DNA of 64,000 nucleotides from Octopus sinensis (Eukaryota): the NCBI RefSeq assembly GCF_006345805.1, contig NC_043000.1, positions 33,790,001-33,854,000 of the forward strand, in the 5' to 3' direction. Below are positions 50,802-63,965 of the stretch, in pieces. Each line of letters begins with the position of its first letter. The stretch's first letter is position 1. The notes under the pieces are model-generated. The model was not told where the DNA came from, ran no database searches, and saw only the letters and a list, made by a program, of their open reading frames with translations. The position numbers were made by a program, and so were the translations under genes.

Positions 50802-51525
50802 TATAAACTACAAAAAAAGCGGCTGTTCAAAATAACAATCGTCCTGTAATTTTCTTTTGATCATATTACCGTGAATGCAATTTTTTTTTCTCCTTTAGGA
50901 TCATTGCTGATGAGTTATCGATTATTATTATTATCATCATTTTATTATTATTATCATTATCATTATTAGTATTAGTATTATTATTGTTGTTGTTGCTGTT
51001 ATTATTATTATTATTATTATTATAAATGTATTTTTCATATCATAAAAGTTGTATCATTTTTATATTTATTATTTTAGTTTTCAATTTGACAAAAAAAAAA
51101 AGTTCTAATTAATCAATAAATGTAAAAAAGTTCTTTAAAAAAATACCAAATTCCATCGGTGTTCCTTTATATGAAACCTGTTTGAATCTTTATTACAAAA
51201 CAAAAAGACAAAACAAAAAACAAACAAGGGATTGTTTGTTAATTTTTATTGTTTATTATAGTTGTTGTTTTAAAGAGAAAACTGTTGCCAATTTTAGCGA
51301 AAGAAAGAAAGAAAGCGTCCGATTGAAGAAGTATTTTCATACACTTCACTGTTTGTTGTTTATAAGATTGTATGAAATATTCTGGAGGTTATTCCGCTTT
51401 CTCTATGAACATGTTCGAAGAAAGTCCCCCACCCTTTCTACATAGAAACATATATAAATATATTGGGACGTATTTCTTTTGGAATGCATACATACATACG
51501 CACGTACGTATATACATACATACAT

Positions 51526-51758
51526 TGATGTGGAAATTCTAATGAAGGAGCTTGCATCTAGGTTAGAAACCGGTTCTTTCTCTATTGCAAAGAAATCATG
51601 AAATAAATTGAATAATGATATATATGCATAAATACATACATACAAACAAAAATACCCTGTTGTTGATGTTGAAATTCCAATGAAGGAGCCTTGGATCTAG
51701 GTTACAAACCGGTTCCTTCTCTATTGGTAAGAAAACTTGAAATGAAACTGAACAATGA
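51526..51758 (+). mobile_element. Two tandem solo 3' tails of the 26.5-kb RLE retrotransposon family
   Basis: GTTGAAATT.CA.TGAAGGAGC...CTATTGG..GAAA.CT.GAAAT.AAACTGAA.AAT is shared with the reverse complement of 26526-26625; each copy is followed by (CATA)n. Confidence 0.7.
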
Positions 51759-51845
51759 CATACATACATACAAATATGTATATATATCTATATTTATACT
51801 CATACGCATATGTACGTATGTACGTATATATATATATATATATTG

Positions 51846-51897
<52 letters not shown>

Positions 51898-52292
51898 CAT
51901 ACACACACACACATATATATGTATATACATATATGTATATAATGTATATACGCATATATATGTATATATATATGTAAATATACATGTATATGTATATATG
52001 CATATATATATAGGTATATACATGTATATGTATATATATATATTATATATATATATATATATAATATATATATATGTATATATATATGTATATATATATA
52101 TGTATATGTATATATGTATGTATATATGTATATATATATATTATTTATACTCATATGCACACTCATATATATTTCTATATACATATGTATATATGTGTGT
52201 GTGTGAGTATCTACGTATATGCAGACATAAGCACATTTTATATTTTGTTTATATCAACAACCCAGAAGTGCTAAGTTTATAAGTAAAGTTTT

Positions 52293-52337
52293 TGCTATGC
52301 TGACGAGGTTAAATATAACAGAAACATCTCCATAGTA
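52293..52337 (+). ncRNA. Minimal type I hammerhead motif, two substitutions from canonical
   Basis: TGCTATG-CTGACGA-GGTTA aata TAACA-GAAA-C AT CTC-CATAGTA: 7-bp stem I; C11.1>A and G16.2>C relative to an ACATGT/GUC consensus. Confidence 0.6.
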
Positions 52338-52965
52338 TTTCCATTTGCCTGAAAGCAAAGATCAAGATTTCCTCTATTCACGTGGATTTATTTTGAAAAA
52401 TTCTTAATTTCTTGAAATTATCTTTCTTTGAAAGTCGCCAACGTAAACTGCTAAGTTGGTATTTTCTTTCTCCAACTAAGAGGTAACATTGGATAAATTA
52501 GAACTTTTTGCGTGCGGTTTTCTATAAATCAAGTCTAAACATATACGTGATAGCTATGAAGTATACTTTTTTGCAAGTAATCAAGTAATATTTCATATAA
52601 ACTTTATATATATATATATATATATATAAAGAGAGAGAAGGATAGTGAGAGAGAAGAGAGAGAGAGAAAGAAAGAAAGAGGGAGAGAGAGAGTTCGCTTC
52701 AAAATCTATAGTCGTAAGATCTTGAATAAAGTTGCATGGATAAGTATACCTTGGATGAACTTATAATGCGATTGAACCAAGAGGACGCAACGAAATGCCA
52801 CATCTTAGGATATCTATGTAGTAGAAACACATGCCAGACAGAGATTTAAAGTGAATGTAGTGTATATAATACTTTAATAAACATGTTTTTCACGATGTAC
52901 AGTTCTCCATTTTTGTTTTATTAATGGTTGCATGTACACACACGCATACACACCACACCATGTAT

Positions 52966-53024
<59 letters not shown>

Positions 53025-53692
53025 CGCACATACGTGCAAAACACACATACACATGTGTATGTGTCAGATATATGATATTGTAAGAAATCTATGTGATGTA
53101 TATCAGATATGTAAAACTGTAAAGAATATAAATGGTAGATAAATATTAGATACACGATATTGTGTGGCGTGTACGATATTTGCGTTACAGTTGGCGTTAG
53201 ATATACGGGATTTCAGTTATATGTAATATTGTAAGATACGTGATGTGTGTGTGTGTGTGTGTGTGTTATATGCTTATAAAAGGTAAAACAGATAGGGTGT
53301 GTATGTCTATGCGTGTGTATGTGTGTTAATGTGTGTGTGTGTGTGTGTTATAGGCTTAGAAAAGCTAAAGCCGATATAGAAAATGCTGAGAAACCCAAAA
53401 GCACTGATTAATATACGTAGGGTAGGTATAGATGAGGGTTTGTATGTTTGTGTGTGTGCATTTGCGTTAATGTGTGTGAGTGTGTCTTGTGTATTTATAT
53501 GTGATTTTTGTATGTATTTATATGTGTGCGTGTGTGTGTGTGTGTGTATGTGTCTGTGTACGGTTTGTGTGAAAGTGGTATCTGATTACGGGTATGTTTC
53601 TGTGAGTTTCTCTATATTTTCACATGTTTATGATCTCTCTCCCTCCCTCTCTCTCTCTCTCTTTCTCTCTTGTTGTTTGTTTGCATTTCTAT

Positions 53693-53748
<56 letters not shown>

Positions 53749-54067
53749 TGTGTGTCTGCATGTATGCGCGTGCCTACGTGTATGTGAATGTGTTTGCATG
53801 TGCATAGAAATGCATGAACGATCTCAGATTAGTGAATTATTTGTATTTTCAAAGGAGGAATGGTCTGATAGCCTCAGGAATTTCAGAAAACAAAAAACTA
53901 TCTCGAAATTGATGCTTCCCTGACCTTAATGCCAATCAATATCGAATTTATACAATCATTGAATGCCTTGAAATTGTTTTGTGGCCTCATTGGGTTTTAA
54001 TTTCAAACAGTTTTTTCAAGGTTGTATATAATAATCTTTTTATTACTGCATTGATTTGCAAAGCAGA

Positions 54068-54505
54068 ATCGTTTGAGCATCGTAAAAATACGGCTCTTTA
54101 CGTTCTGTGTTCAAATCCTGCTGAGGTCAATATGAGTTTCCGTACTTACGAGGTCAATAAAATAAAATACTAGTTAAATACTGCGGTTGAAGGTGCTGAC
54201 ATACCCTCTCCACTCTTAAAATTGCTGGCCTTGTGACTAAATCAGAAACAGCTGTTGTTTTGATGGTAACAGGGATGGTTTAGCACATCGTTTGAGCATC
54301 ATAAAAATACGGCTCTTTACGTTCTGTGTTCAAATCCTGCTGAGGTCAATATGAGTTTCCGTACTTACGAGGTCAATAAAATAAAATACTAGTTAAATAC
54401 TGGGGTTGAAGGTGCTGACATACCCTCTCCACTCTTAAAATTGCTGGCCTTGTGACTAAATCAGAAACTGCTGTTGTTTTGATTGTAACAGGGATTGTTT
54501 AGCAC
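54068..54505 (+). repeat. Recent 219-bp tandem duplication of an old family C SINE
   Basis: 54068-54286 vs 54287-54505, about 5 substitutions. Confidence 0.9.
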
Positions 54506-57500
54506 ATTGGGTTGCAGGGTAGAGGATGGTAGAGGTGGTAGAACATAAAGGCAGGGAGGGGTAGAATTGGTAGAGTGACAGTGGAAAGGATGGTTGAAAA
54601 TATCCCCGAAAGGTTGAACCTATTTTTGGATACGAAGCTAATGTTGGATCTGCAGACCCGAAATATTCCCAACATACTTCTGACGTAAAGTAGACAAATA
54701 GGTCAACGCCTCCATCAAAAGACATCATCTCCAAGAACTGTTTGTATTTCATTCCATGGAATACCAGCTGATGTAACTGTGGGACGAGTCGCCTTCTAAA
54801 AGGCGAGAGGGACACAGATAACTGTGGAATCTGTGACGCCTCAAAGTAATCAGGAACGGTCGGTCATTTGTGGAGGGTAAAGGAAAGTCGCCTACCTTGG
54901 CGGAAAAGTATAGAGGTCGACAACGTATGATAAGGTGGTTGAATGAATCAGTGTATGTATTGGAGTCTGACATTCGCCGCAGTTGGCCCAGTATGGAGAT
55001 GAACACCTCACTAAGCCATTTAAGAAAGGAAACCTTGAACTTTAGATCCTAAAACCAGCGGGTTTAAGGATTTTAATTTCCATTAATTATGAGTCCTACA
55101 GCACAATAGTTGCAGTGTAAATGAATTCAAACCCTGTGTCAGTCACGCTAAATATATCCAAGTTAACAAACTACTGTCTGCATCATTAGTGTTAGGCTAA
55201 TTAAGAAGAATATTCCCAATAGAATAGGAATAATTTACAATTGTCGTAGGTTTTATAAACAAACTGTTTGGTTCCAAATTGCAAGAGCATTTCCAAAAAT
55301 GACAGAAAAAATGTATAAATAATCCAGCCAATTTAGATATCGAAAACCAAGACGATCGTCACCGGATTTCTAGGAAGAGTAGCGAAGATTAAAAGTAACT
55401 AGGTCATCTGTTTATGATTTCTGCATCAAAGACAGGAGTTATTTGCTAATGATCCAGTAAACTCTAATAAACAGATACGTCAGAGATGGGTTGTTTACTG
55501 GTGTTAGGGGATTATTAATCCATTACACATTGGTAAACAACTTATATCTCTGGTAACATTTGTAAACGGACATCAAACGGTTTTGTCGGAAACGGTACAA
55601 TTCTTTGATTCCTCAACGCATAAAATATATTCGACTGTTTGAACTTTTTAAAAGCATTCAGTTTGCGACGTTTCTATGATTTTTTATAGCTGTAATGGGC
55701 TTTTAAAAATAGACACAAAGCCACAAATTACGACGGACTAAAACTGTGATGATTGTGACGTTCAAACCTTTTCTAAATATTATTAACAACATTAAGTACA
55801 ATACTTCCAGCCAGGAACTCAATTCATCTCCTTCTTTTCACTTGGTTCCGTCTTCTGTTTTATTATGGTGGCGTTTGTTATTAAGTGTAATAAATATTAA
55901 TCAAAAGAGAACTTATATAAGATTTACAAGGTTGTTATAGTATTTGCTTTCCCCAGTAGTAATCGGATAGGACAAATTTCCATTAGTATTACAGAAGACT
56001 GTGTTGGATTAACTTTGTCACTTGGCTATTTTTTATGTTTCCCAGATAAATAATTAAGACGAGTAACTTTAAATAAAACGCAACGCAAGGCAATATCTTC
56101 CATCTTGTTTTGCAAAAGTTACATCGGTGAATTATTGATGATATGGTTATTACTATTTGGTGCAGAAACCAGTAAAACCTTTCTTTCTTTGTTGATCGTT
56201 CCAACTCTAACTTTTCTTTAAAGTGGGCGTCTTAAAACATACAAAATGGCACCATAGCACTTTCAGATTAATATCTATTCTTACAGAACTTTTTCTTTAT
56301 TTATTTTTTGTTTTTAATGTTTTGATTATTTCATCACGATATTCGTAAATTTCAAATTAATTATTTCAGAGATTTATAACGAAGCCTTTCTTTCATTCTT
56401 TCATTCATTCATTCATTCATTCTTTCTTTCTTTCTTTCTTTCTTTCCCACAAATGATTAGAACCAGAAATGTTTTAATCCTTTATCCTGTGTCAGTAATC
56501 TCAGAGAAATCCTTTTGCGAGCCTCAGTAATTTGTAGCGCAGGATTGATTTTTAAAAATCAAATTATACCTTCGATTTCATAGAGATAATTGAAAAGATC
56601 TCTTCCTGATAAGAAATCTTGGAGTATCGCGACGACCTGATACACTGTGCTCATAATTCATTGAACTGCAAGACAAAACATTTCCATTGGTTTTGAACTG
56701 GAAAGCTATGAATTGGTCGTTCTGTACGAAATTCTTGTGAGTTGATTTCAGCCAAGCTGCTAAGTAATGAAATGCGAATATTCTTTAGCCAAGAGCTGGC
56801 AAATTATTGGTTTGGTCATTAGCTGTTTTAAGGGAAAATACTAATTAGATACCATCGGGAGTCCTTCTAGGAGAGGAATTAAACACGTGGGAAGCCGAGA
56901 CCAGATATCAATTTTAGTGCTTGCTTGACGTTCATGGGATTTTGAACGGTATAAACTTCCCGTTTCCCTTGAAAACAAAATGTTTTTGTCTTGCATAATG
57001 AGTAAATAAATAAAACAACATATATAAAACAAAAATGAAAGTAATTCTTTGGACAAAGAAGTCAAGATTGTATCTCATCACAGTTTCTATATAGTTGTTG
57101 TATATAATAATATATATGAAAAATATTTTCAGCACCAATGTACAAAACAACCAACAAAACGACAACAAAACGAATGACATACGATCATCAGTCAACATAT
57201 AAGATAACATGGAAAGAAGACGTTTTGGAAAACCCAATGTCTTTGAATGGTGCCAGATATGCGGACCAATTACAGAATATCTTATTTCTCTAACATGGCG
57301 GCTTCATTGGTTGAGGTTCCAACTTTAATACGAATTGCTGAGATTTGAAATGAAAACCCATCATTTCAGATGGAGGGAAATTTTGTCAAACGTTGCTTTC
57401 AGCATCTTCTATTGGACTGCTAATATACATACATACAAACATACATACATACATACATACATACATACATACATACATACATACATACATACATACATAC

Positions 57501-57591
57501 ATGCATACATACATATATACATACATACATACATACATACATGCATACATACATATATACATACATACACACACACAAGCACACACACATA

Positions 57592-57790
57592 AGTGACCGC
57601 GTGTGTACCGTTGGCGATTTTTTTCCCTCCGTCTTCCCTTCTTTCCTTTTCCTATGTTTCTGACGAAGAGCTCCGCTCGAAACGTTAAATCCTCCTTCTT
57701 TCTTTCCTTTCCTGAGCGTCCAATAACACTATACTTGTTCCACGTCCTCGCGTCGTTGTTTTCTCTTTGTGTTTTCATGTTTGGATTAAC
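57592..57790 (+). mobile_element. Short HHR-bearing repeat between (CATA)n and (TA)n
   Basis: ~200-bp unique block inside microsatellites containing the HHR at 57656. Confidence 0.55.
57656..57690 (+). ncRNA. Very short type I hammerhead motif
   Basis: GTTT-CTGACGA-A-GAGC tcc GCTC-GAAA-C GT T-AAAT: 4-bp stem II, palindromic ACGT, GUU. Confidence 0.65.
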
Positions 57791-57912
57791 GATATATATA
57801 TATACGTACATACACACATGCGTACATATATATGTATGTATATACGTATATATTTGTAGACGCATACACACATATTTACGCACCCTATATCGGGGGAGTG
57901 TATGTGATACAG

Positions 57913-57950
<38 letters not shown>

Positions 57951-58605
57951 TTTGGGGAGGGAGAGAGTTATAAGAATGGAAATAATTGGTAGCATGTCTA
58001 TATATTTTCCAATTCTATAAAATAACGATTCTTTGGTCTTGAATATGAAGAGAGTTGGTAATCCGATTCCGGTTAGTAATACTATTGACACGTTTATATT
58101 ATTCTGTCATCATAATGCACATTCCAAAAATGGAACACGCAATATCGAAGAATTAAGTGGCTCTGCATGAAATCAAATCTTGAGACAATTAACTCTGTGT
58201 CCTTCTGATTGGTGTTTCGTCACTTCGGTCTATTGGCAGCACGCTAGGAATTTATTGCTGCAAATATTCTATTTCTTCACTGTTATATAATCCAAATTTC
58301 AGCAGTGAACATAACATTAATACCAGTGATATATTGGTGTTAACAGGTTCAATCATCTGTCAGAAATAGATTCAAAGAGAAAAATCATCGAAATAGACAG
58401 AATTTTGGTTTTATTTGATAGCCAGAATTATGGTGTAGTTATGGGAAAGTCTGTTGGGATGTAAGATATAAGATATAACGTATTTGAATTCTTTGTTAGC
58501 AAGGGGTAGAAGTGAAAAATAAGGAAAGTCAATGGGAACATCGTTTGTGAAAAAATATGTTGTAATATTGTAAATATTATAAGGCGGTGAGGCAGAAGAA
58601 ATGAA

Positions 58606-58976
58606 GGCGGCGATCTGGCAGAATCGTTAGCACGCTGGGCGAAATGCGTAGCCGTATTTCGTCTGCCTTTACGTTCTAAGTTCAAATTCCGCCGAGGTCG
58701 ACTTTGCCATATCATCCTTTCGGAGTCGATAAATTAAGTACTTAATCCGTCTGTCTGTCCTTGTTTGTCTCCTCTGTGTTTAGCCCCTTGTGGGTAGTAA
58801 AGAAATAGGTTTTTCGTCTGCCTTTACGTCCTGAATTCAAATTCCGCCGAAGTCGACTTTGCCTTTCATCTTTTCGGATTAAATTAAGCACCAGATGCGT
58901 ACTGGAGTCGATCTAATCGACTGCCCCCCCCCCCAAAAAAAAAAAAATTTCGGGCCTTGTGCCTAGAGTAGAAAAG
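58606..58976 (+). mobile_element. Family C SINE plus tandem partial copy
   Basis: Aligns with 15437-15667; second partial unit from 58811. Confidence 0.8.
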
Positions 58977-59782
58977 AATATTGTGGATATTATATAAATA
59001 ACAATATTCCAGGGTCACAAATGTACGAAGAGGGTGTGCTAGGATTTAGAGCGGTGGACAAGTAAATATCAAAGAATATATTGTCCTCTCTCCTATCATT
59101 TTCACGAATATTAGAAATAAATCTGAAACAATTTCTTTTATTAAGTATTTCTGTTTTAACGAACGTTTAAATGGTTTCCATAGCATGTAAATAACATTTG
59201 TATATTTTCATAACACACGCACAAACATACACACAGACATGTGCTTGCCAGAGGACGACTCCTCTTCGATATATACAGAAGTTAGCCGCGGTTAATACGG
59301 TTTGGTGCTAAAGACGCGATTGCTGACCAAGAGCAGCAGAATGCGGTGAGCCAACAGACAATTATCGCTATTGGATCTACAAAATGTAACGTAATGATAA
59401 AAATCATCTTGAAATAAATATTCGTTCCATCTACGTCTTAGATCCAACATTCTAATCCTCTAGCAGTCACGTGCTTGGACGCAAACCAAGATGGAGTTTA
59501 AAATGCTTGCTTCGCATTCTTGAAATCCGTGAATCCTTCTCACTGGATAAGTGTCCTTTACCAAAGTCTCCGATAAACGCAAACTTTGTGTGAGAAATAT
59601 AGATTTAAAAATTTTTAATTGCCAGTAGATTAATCGCTGGCTGGTTAAGAGATTATCGTTAAACCAGAAACTTGGTCTGAACGTTTGCCACAAAGTGGAC
59701 ACTGGTGGCTGTAGATGGAGGACTGATTAACCCTTCCATTCACAAAAGAGTATTCTTCAAACATTTTACGTTCCCTCGTCAG

Positions 59783-59990
59783 GGCTGTCAGCTGGCCGAA
59801 TCGTTAGCACACCGGCGGAAAGAATGCTTAGCGGCATTTCAATCGTCTTTACGTTCTGAGTTCGCGTTCCACCCAGGTTAACTTTGTTTTCAATTTTTTT
59901 TTCGGAGCCGATAAAATAAGTACCAGTTAAACACGGGGGTCGAGGTAATCGACTTGCTTCCTTCCGCTCTGCCAAAATTGGAAGCCATTA
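59783..59990 (+). mobile_element. Family C SINE, diverged
   Basis: GCTGGCCGAATCGTTAGCAC...GCCGATAAAATAAGTACCAGTT. Confidence 0.7.
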
Positions 59991-60007
59991 TTTTTCAATA
60001 TTACTCT

Positions 60008-60452
60008 CTTTATTCTTTTACTTGTTTCAGTCATTTGACTGCGGCCATGCTGGAGCACCGCCTGTAGTCGAGCAAATCGACCTCAGGACATATTCTTTGT
60101 AAGCCTAGTACTTATTCTATCGGTATCTTTCCCGAACCGCCAAGTTACGGGGACGTAAACACACTACCATCGGTTGTCAAGCGATGTTGGGGGGACAAAC
60201 ACAGACACACAAACACATACACACATACATACATAGTTGTTGTTGTTGTTGGCATCTTTTTTGTCTCGATATACATATACATATACATATACATATATAC
60301 GACGGGCCTCTTTCAGTTTCTGCCTACCAAATCCACTCACAAGGCTTTGGTCGGCCCGAGGCTATAGTAGAAGACACTTACCCAAGGTGCCACGCAGTGG
60401 GACTGAACCCGGAACCATGAAGTCGGTAAGCAAGCTACTTACCATACAGCCA
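60008..60452 (-). mobile_element. Family B SINE, full length
   Basis: Reverse complement aligns with 6508-6892. Confidence 0.85.
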
Positions 60453-61543
60453 ACTACTACATTACATTTGTTTCATTAGTGTTGAGCAGATGCAGGCTTG
60501 GAACCTCTTAACTAAGAAGTAGGGAATACAGGCTCCCAGGGATAAAATGTTACCATTTCACATAGAATTTCTTTTATGGCAGAGTAGAATATGACGCCAA
60601 AATGCCACCACATTGGTGAAGCATATTCCTGCAGAGCATCCTTGCATGTAATCTTCAGGTTTGTCTCTTAAAACTATAGAAACAGCTTAGAATGGAAATT
60701 CTTGTATTACATCGAAAGATATTTATTAATATACGTGAGGCTCATAAGTGTGTATATGCGTGTATGAGTCTATGTATGCGTGTCTGCATACACACACATA
60801 CACAAACACACGTATATATGTACATATATGAACGTCTAATTGATATATAATATTAATTATACACACACACACACACATATATGTATATATATATATATAT
60901 AGATATATATATATATAATATATATATATATATTCAAAGAAACTAATTTCAACATATATACACTCGCAGGTTTTGGTATTTTTACACATATACACTCTCC
61001 CGTTCTCTCAAACACACACACACACACACACACACATACACTTGCACAGTTATATACATGTATGAGTGATTAGCGTGTTACTAGTGTCTGCAGTGTGTGT
61101 GTGTAGTGGTGAGGAGGGGATCTACTTGCATGTGGCGTGTGCGTGTGTGTGTACCTGGAAGTATGTATGTGTATGTATCCGTTACCGTCTGGTTTTCTAG
61201 TATAGTTGTCCAAAATATAATCTACACCCCAAAATATAAGTAATTAGTGGAAATTTCTTTTTTGTTTTTATTCACGTGCTTGTTGGTTAATTTGTAATGA
61301 TTTCCTGTCAGCTAGGGGTCACTTAAGAACTTTATTGAAGCGAACAGCAATCTGACACTCGAGCACACGCTTGCTTAATTCTTATGTCAATAAACGCCCC
61401 CTTACCAAGAAAATAGAGTTTCAGGAAATAGTCTCTACCACGCTTAGACCTTAATCTACACCAGGCACCGGGTACAGGGCTTTGCTTTCAATTCCAGATA
61501 ACACCTCAATACCATTTAGAGCCTGCTATTTTTTTTATTAATT

Positions 61544-61612
<69 letters not shown>

Positions 61613-61614
<2 letters not shown>

Positions 61615-62070
61615 TTATTGTTTTACTTCTCAGAGCTCACGGTCTTACTTGCTCAGGTTGATTTCGTGAGAGCGAACAGCAGCCTTTGTCAGAGGTCTAA
61701 CACGCTCTCTTTCCGCAAATTATAAGCTTTGGTTCCTTAATGTTAATTTATCACAGAGAAAGATACTCAACACCTAAGCGCCAATCGCAAAATCCTAGCT
61801 AACCCTAATAGAGCAGTTTTGGGGGCCTGCTCTGCCATCATGGTAATTCCAATTTCTCCGACATATTTTTCGAACCTGGTTGTTAGTACTTCGAGTGCCC
61901 TACAACTACTGAGATAGCAATGACTCTCCCCTTACCCACGTCATTTAGGAGTCTGTATTCCATCTTTTCCTACTCCTTGTCCTCCATGCGTGCGTCCTTG
62001 GCTATGGCAATATCCATGATTTTGGTTTCCTTTTCTCCTTTATCTACCACAACAATGTCTGGTCTCCGAT
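61613..62070 (-). mobile_element. R4-like RLE retrotransposon 3' fragment
   Basis: RPDIVVVDK..KIMDIAI...KE.EK...VVVGAL...LGLARILR; 3' UTR runs into (AGT)n at 61546-61612. Confidence 0.75.
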
Positions 62071-62470
62071 TTGACAATTTTGACAGGAAGGTATTGTGGT
62101 TGACACTGTCGAACGCTTTGCTGAAGTCAAGATATATGGCATCAGAATTCGAGCCTAATTCCAAGGCTTTAAGACCATCATCAATGTGATGTAAGAGCTG
62201 TGTTAGATAGTCCCTGCGGTAGCGAAAGCCATGCTGGTTGGAATTTAGACGCTTGTGGTTCTTCAGGAAGACAATTATCTTGGATCTCACCACATTTTCA
62301 AACACTTTGATGATATGGGAGGTGAGTGAGATTGGGCGATAGTTAAATGCAAGAAATATCTTTCCCTTTTTCAAGACCGAGATGACAGATTGGGATAAGA
62401 ACTATTTCGGTATATGGCCTGAGTCTAAATAATTTCTCCAGACGTTTGTTGGAGGTGTTGCAAGTTGGTG
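62071..62470 (-). mobile_element. CR1/L2-group RT fragment
   Basis: HQLA.P..VW...LDSG.IP, KKG, NYRPISLTSHIIKVFE, NQHGFR, YLDFSKAFDSVNH. Confidence 0.85.
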
Positions 62471-63293
62471 TATGGACAGTTTGAAAGGAATACACAAAAC
62501 GTTAAGGATAATGCAGCATCGTGGGCATAGCTGGAGCGAGGTGATTTGAAACATACCACTGAAAGCATGATCACTGCTGCACAAGACCAGGCTCTCGCTA
62601 CCAATTCAGTGAAGTATAACATCTATAAAACTTCTGACACAAAGAAATGCAGGCTCTGTGGAAAGAGTGTGGAAAATGTGACACTTGGTAATTGGATGTG
62701 AGAGCCTTGCACAAAAAGAATACAAGCGCCGCCACGATAAAATGTGTGTGTATCTTCATTGGCTCTTATGCCATAAATAACAATATGAAGTAATAGAGAA
62801 CTGGTATGAGCATGTACGGAGTAAAGTTATGCAGGAGGATGGAAAAGTAACGTTACTCTGGGACTATGATTTTCAGTCGGATCGTGTAATCGAACACCGT
62901 ACACCAGATGTTGTCATATTGAATAAGAGAGACGAATACCGTCAGATCATTGAAGTAGCCATACCAAATGACATAAATGCTGTGAGTAAAGAGGTTGAAA
63001 CAAATCACCAAGTACTCCAAATTGAAAGTGGAAATAACAAGACTGTGTGGAATGCAAGAGGATAATATAAAAGTGATACCAGTGGTGATCGGAGTGTTGG
63101 GCTCAATCACATTGAAACTTCAAAACTTCTTAAGGCAACTGAAAATCCCATGCAAGATTGATATCTTGCAAAAAGCAGCTTTATTGAGCGCAGCGCAGAT
63201 CTTAAGGAAAGTATTATCTGCCTGAGGTACTTGTTGTGACTTGACAGATGACTAAAGACTCTGGTGCGTTTTTACCTACACTGTGTTACGAAG

Positions 63294-63295
<2 letters not shown>
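62470..63295 (+). mobile_element. R4/Dong-like RLE retrotransposon 3' fragment
   Basis: YGQFER, ESMITAAQDQAL, CRLCG, KEYKRRHD, LLWDYDFQSD..RTPDVV, KYSKLK, PVVIGVLG; stop at 63225; 3' UTR followed by (AAT)n. Confidence 0.85.
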
Positions 63296-63353
<58 letters not shown>

Positions 63354-63355
<2 letters not shown>

Positions 63356-63890
63356 GCCCTGATGCAGTACCGGCAGTGGCTCTCATGGCTTCTGATCTTA
63401 ACTGATTGGAAGTGTTATCATGTACTTTGTTTTGTGTTGGCATAAATTTTCTGCTCAATACCACAGATTTGCTTGTCAGTTGTTTGACTTTAACCATTTG
63501 AGCATGTTCCTTACTGGTTGACGATGTGTGCATCTCTGATCACGAGCAGAAGTAGTGGGGGAGCATCATAACCATGTGTTGGGAGGGATTCTTTGGGGTT
63601 TGAATAATTCCCCTCTGGAAACATGGGTTTTTCGTTCAACATCCTTAAACAATCCGTATTCAGAGATTTTTGAGCGGGATGGGCTACTCGACCTGAAGAA
63701 AATTCTATTTGGGCCCCACCTGCGAGGTCATGCGCTGTTAATCTTGATATGAGATCACCGTGTCGCGCACATATGGTTGTGATGCATGTGCCTGGTGTAC
63801 CCTTATCAGACGGGTAGTCATGTTGGATATACTGGGCTTCGTATATTTTATCCCTGTCCCACTTTGATGGCATGCACTGATCCCTCACAT
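63354..63890. mobile_element. ~535-bp non-coding element bounded by (AAT)n on both sides
   Basis: Sharp boundaries against (AAT)n tracts at 63296-63353 and 63891-64000; no credible ORF; single copy in the window. Confidence 0.45.
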
Positions 63891-63901
63891 AATTATAATA
63901 A

Positions 63902-63940
<39 letters not shown>

Positions 63941-63965
63941 TATAATAATAGTAGTAGTAGTAGTA

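Noticed and set aside
57260-57310. CCAAT plus YY1-like AACATGGCGGC (also CCGCCATGTT at ~19888) as promoters
   Set aside because: Isolated short motifs with no downstream exon support.
63354-63760. Possible HDV-like ribozyme in the AAT-flanked element
   Set aside because: Could not assemble P1, P1.1, P4 and a CNAA J4/2 on either strand.
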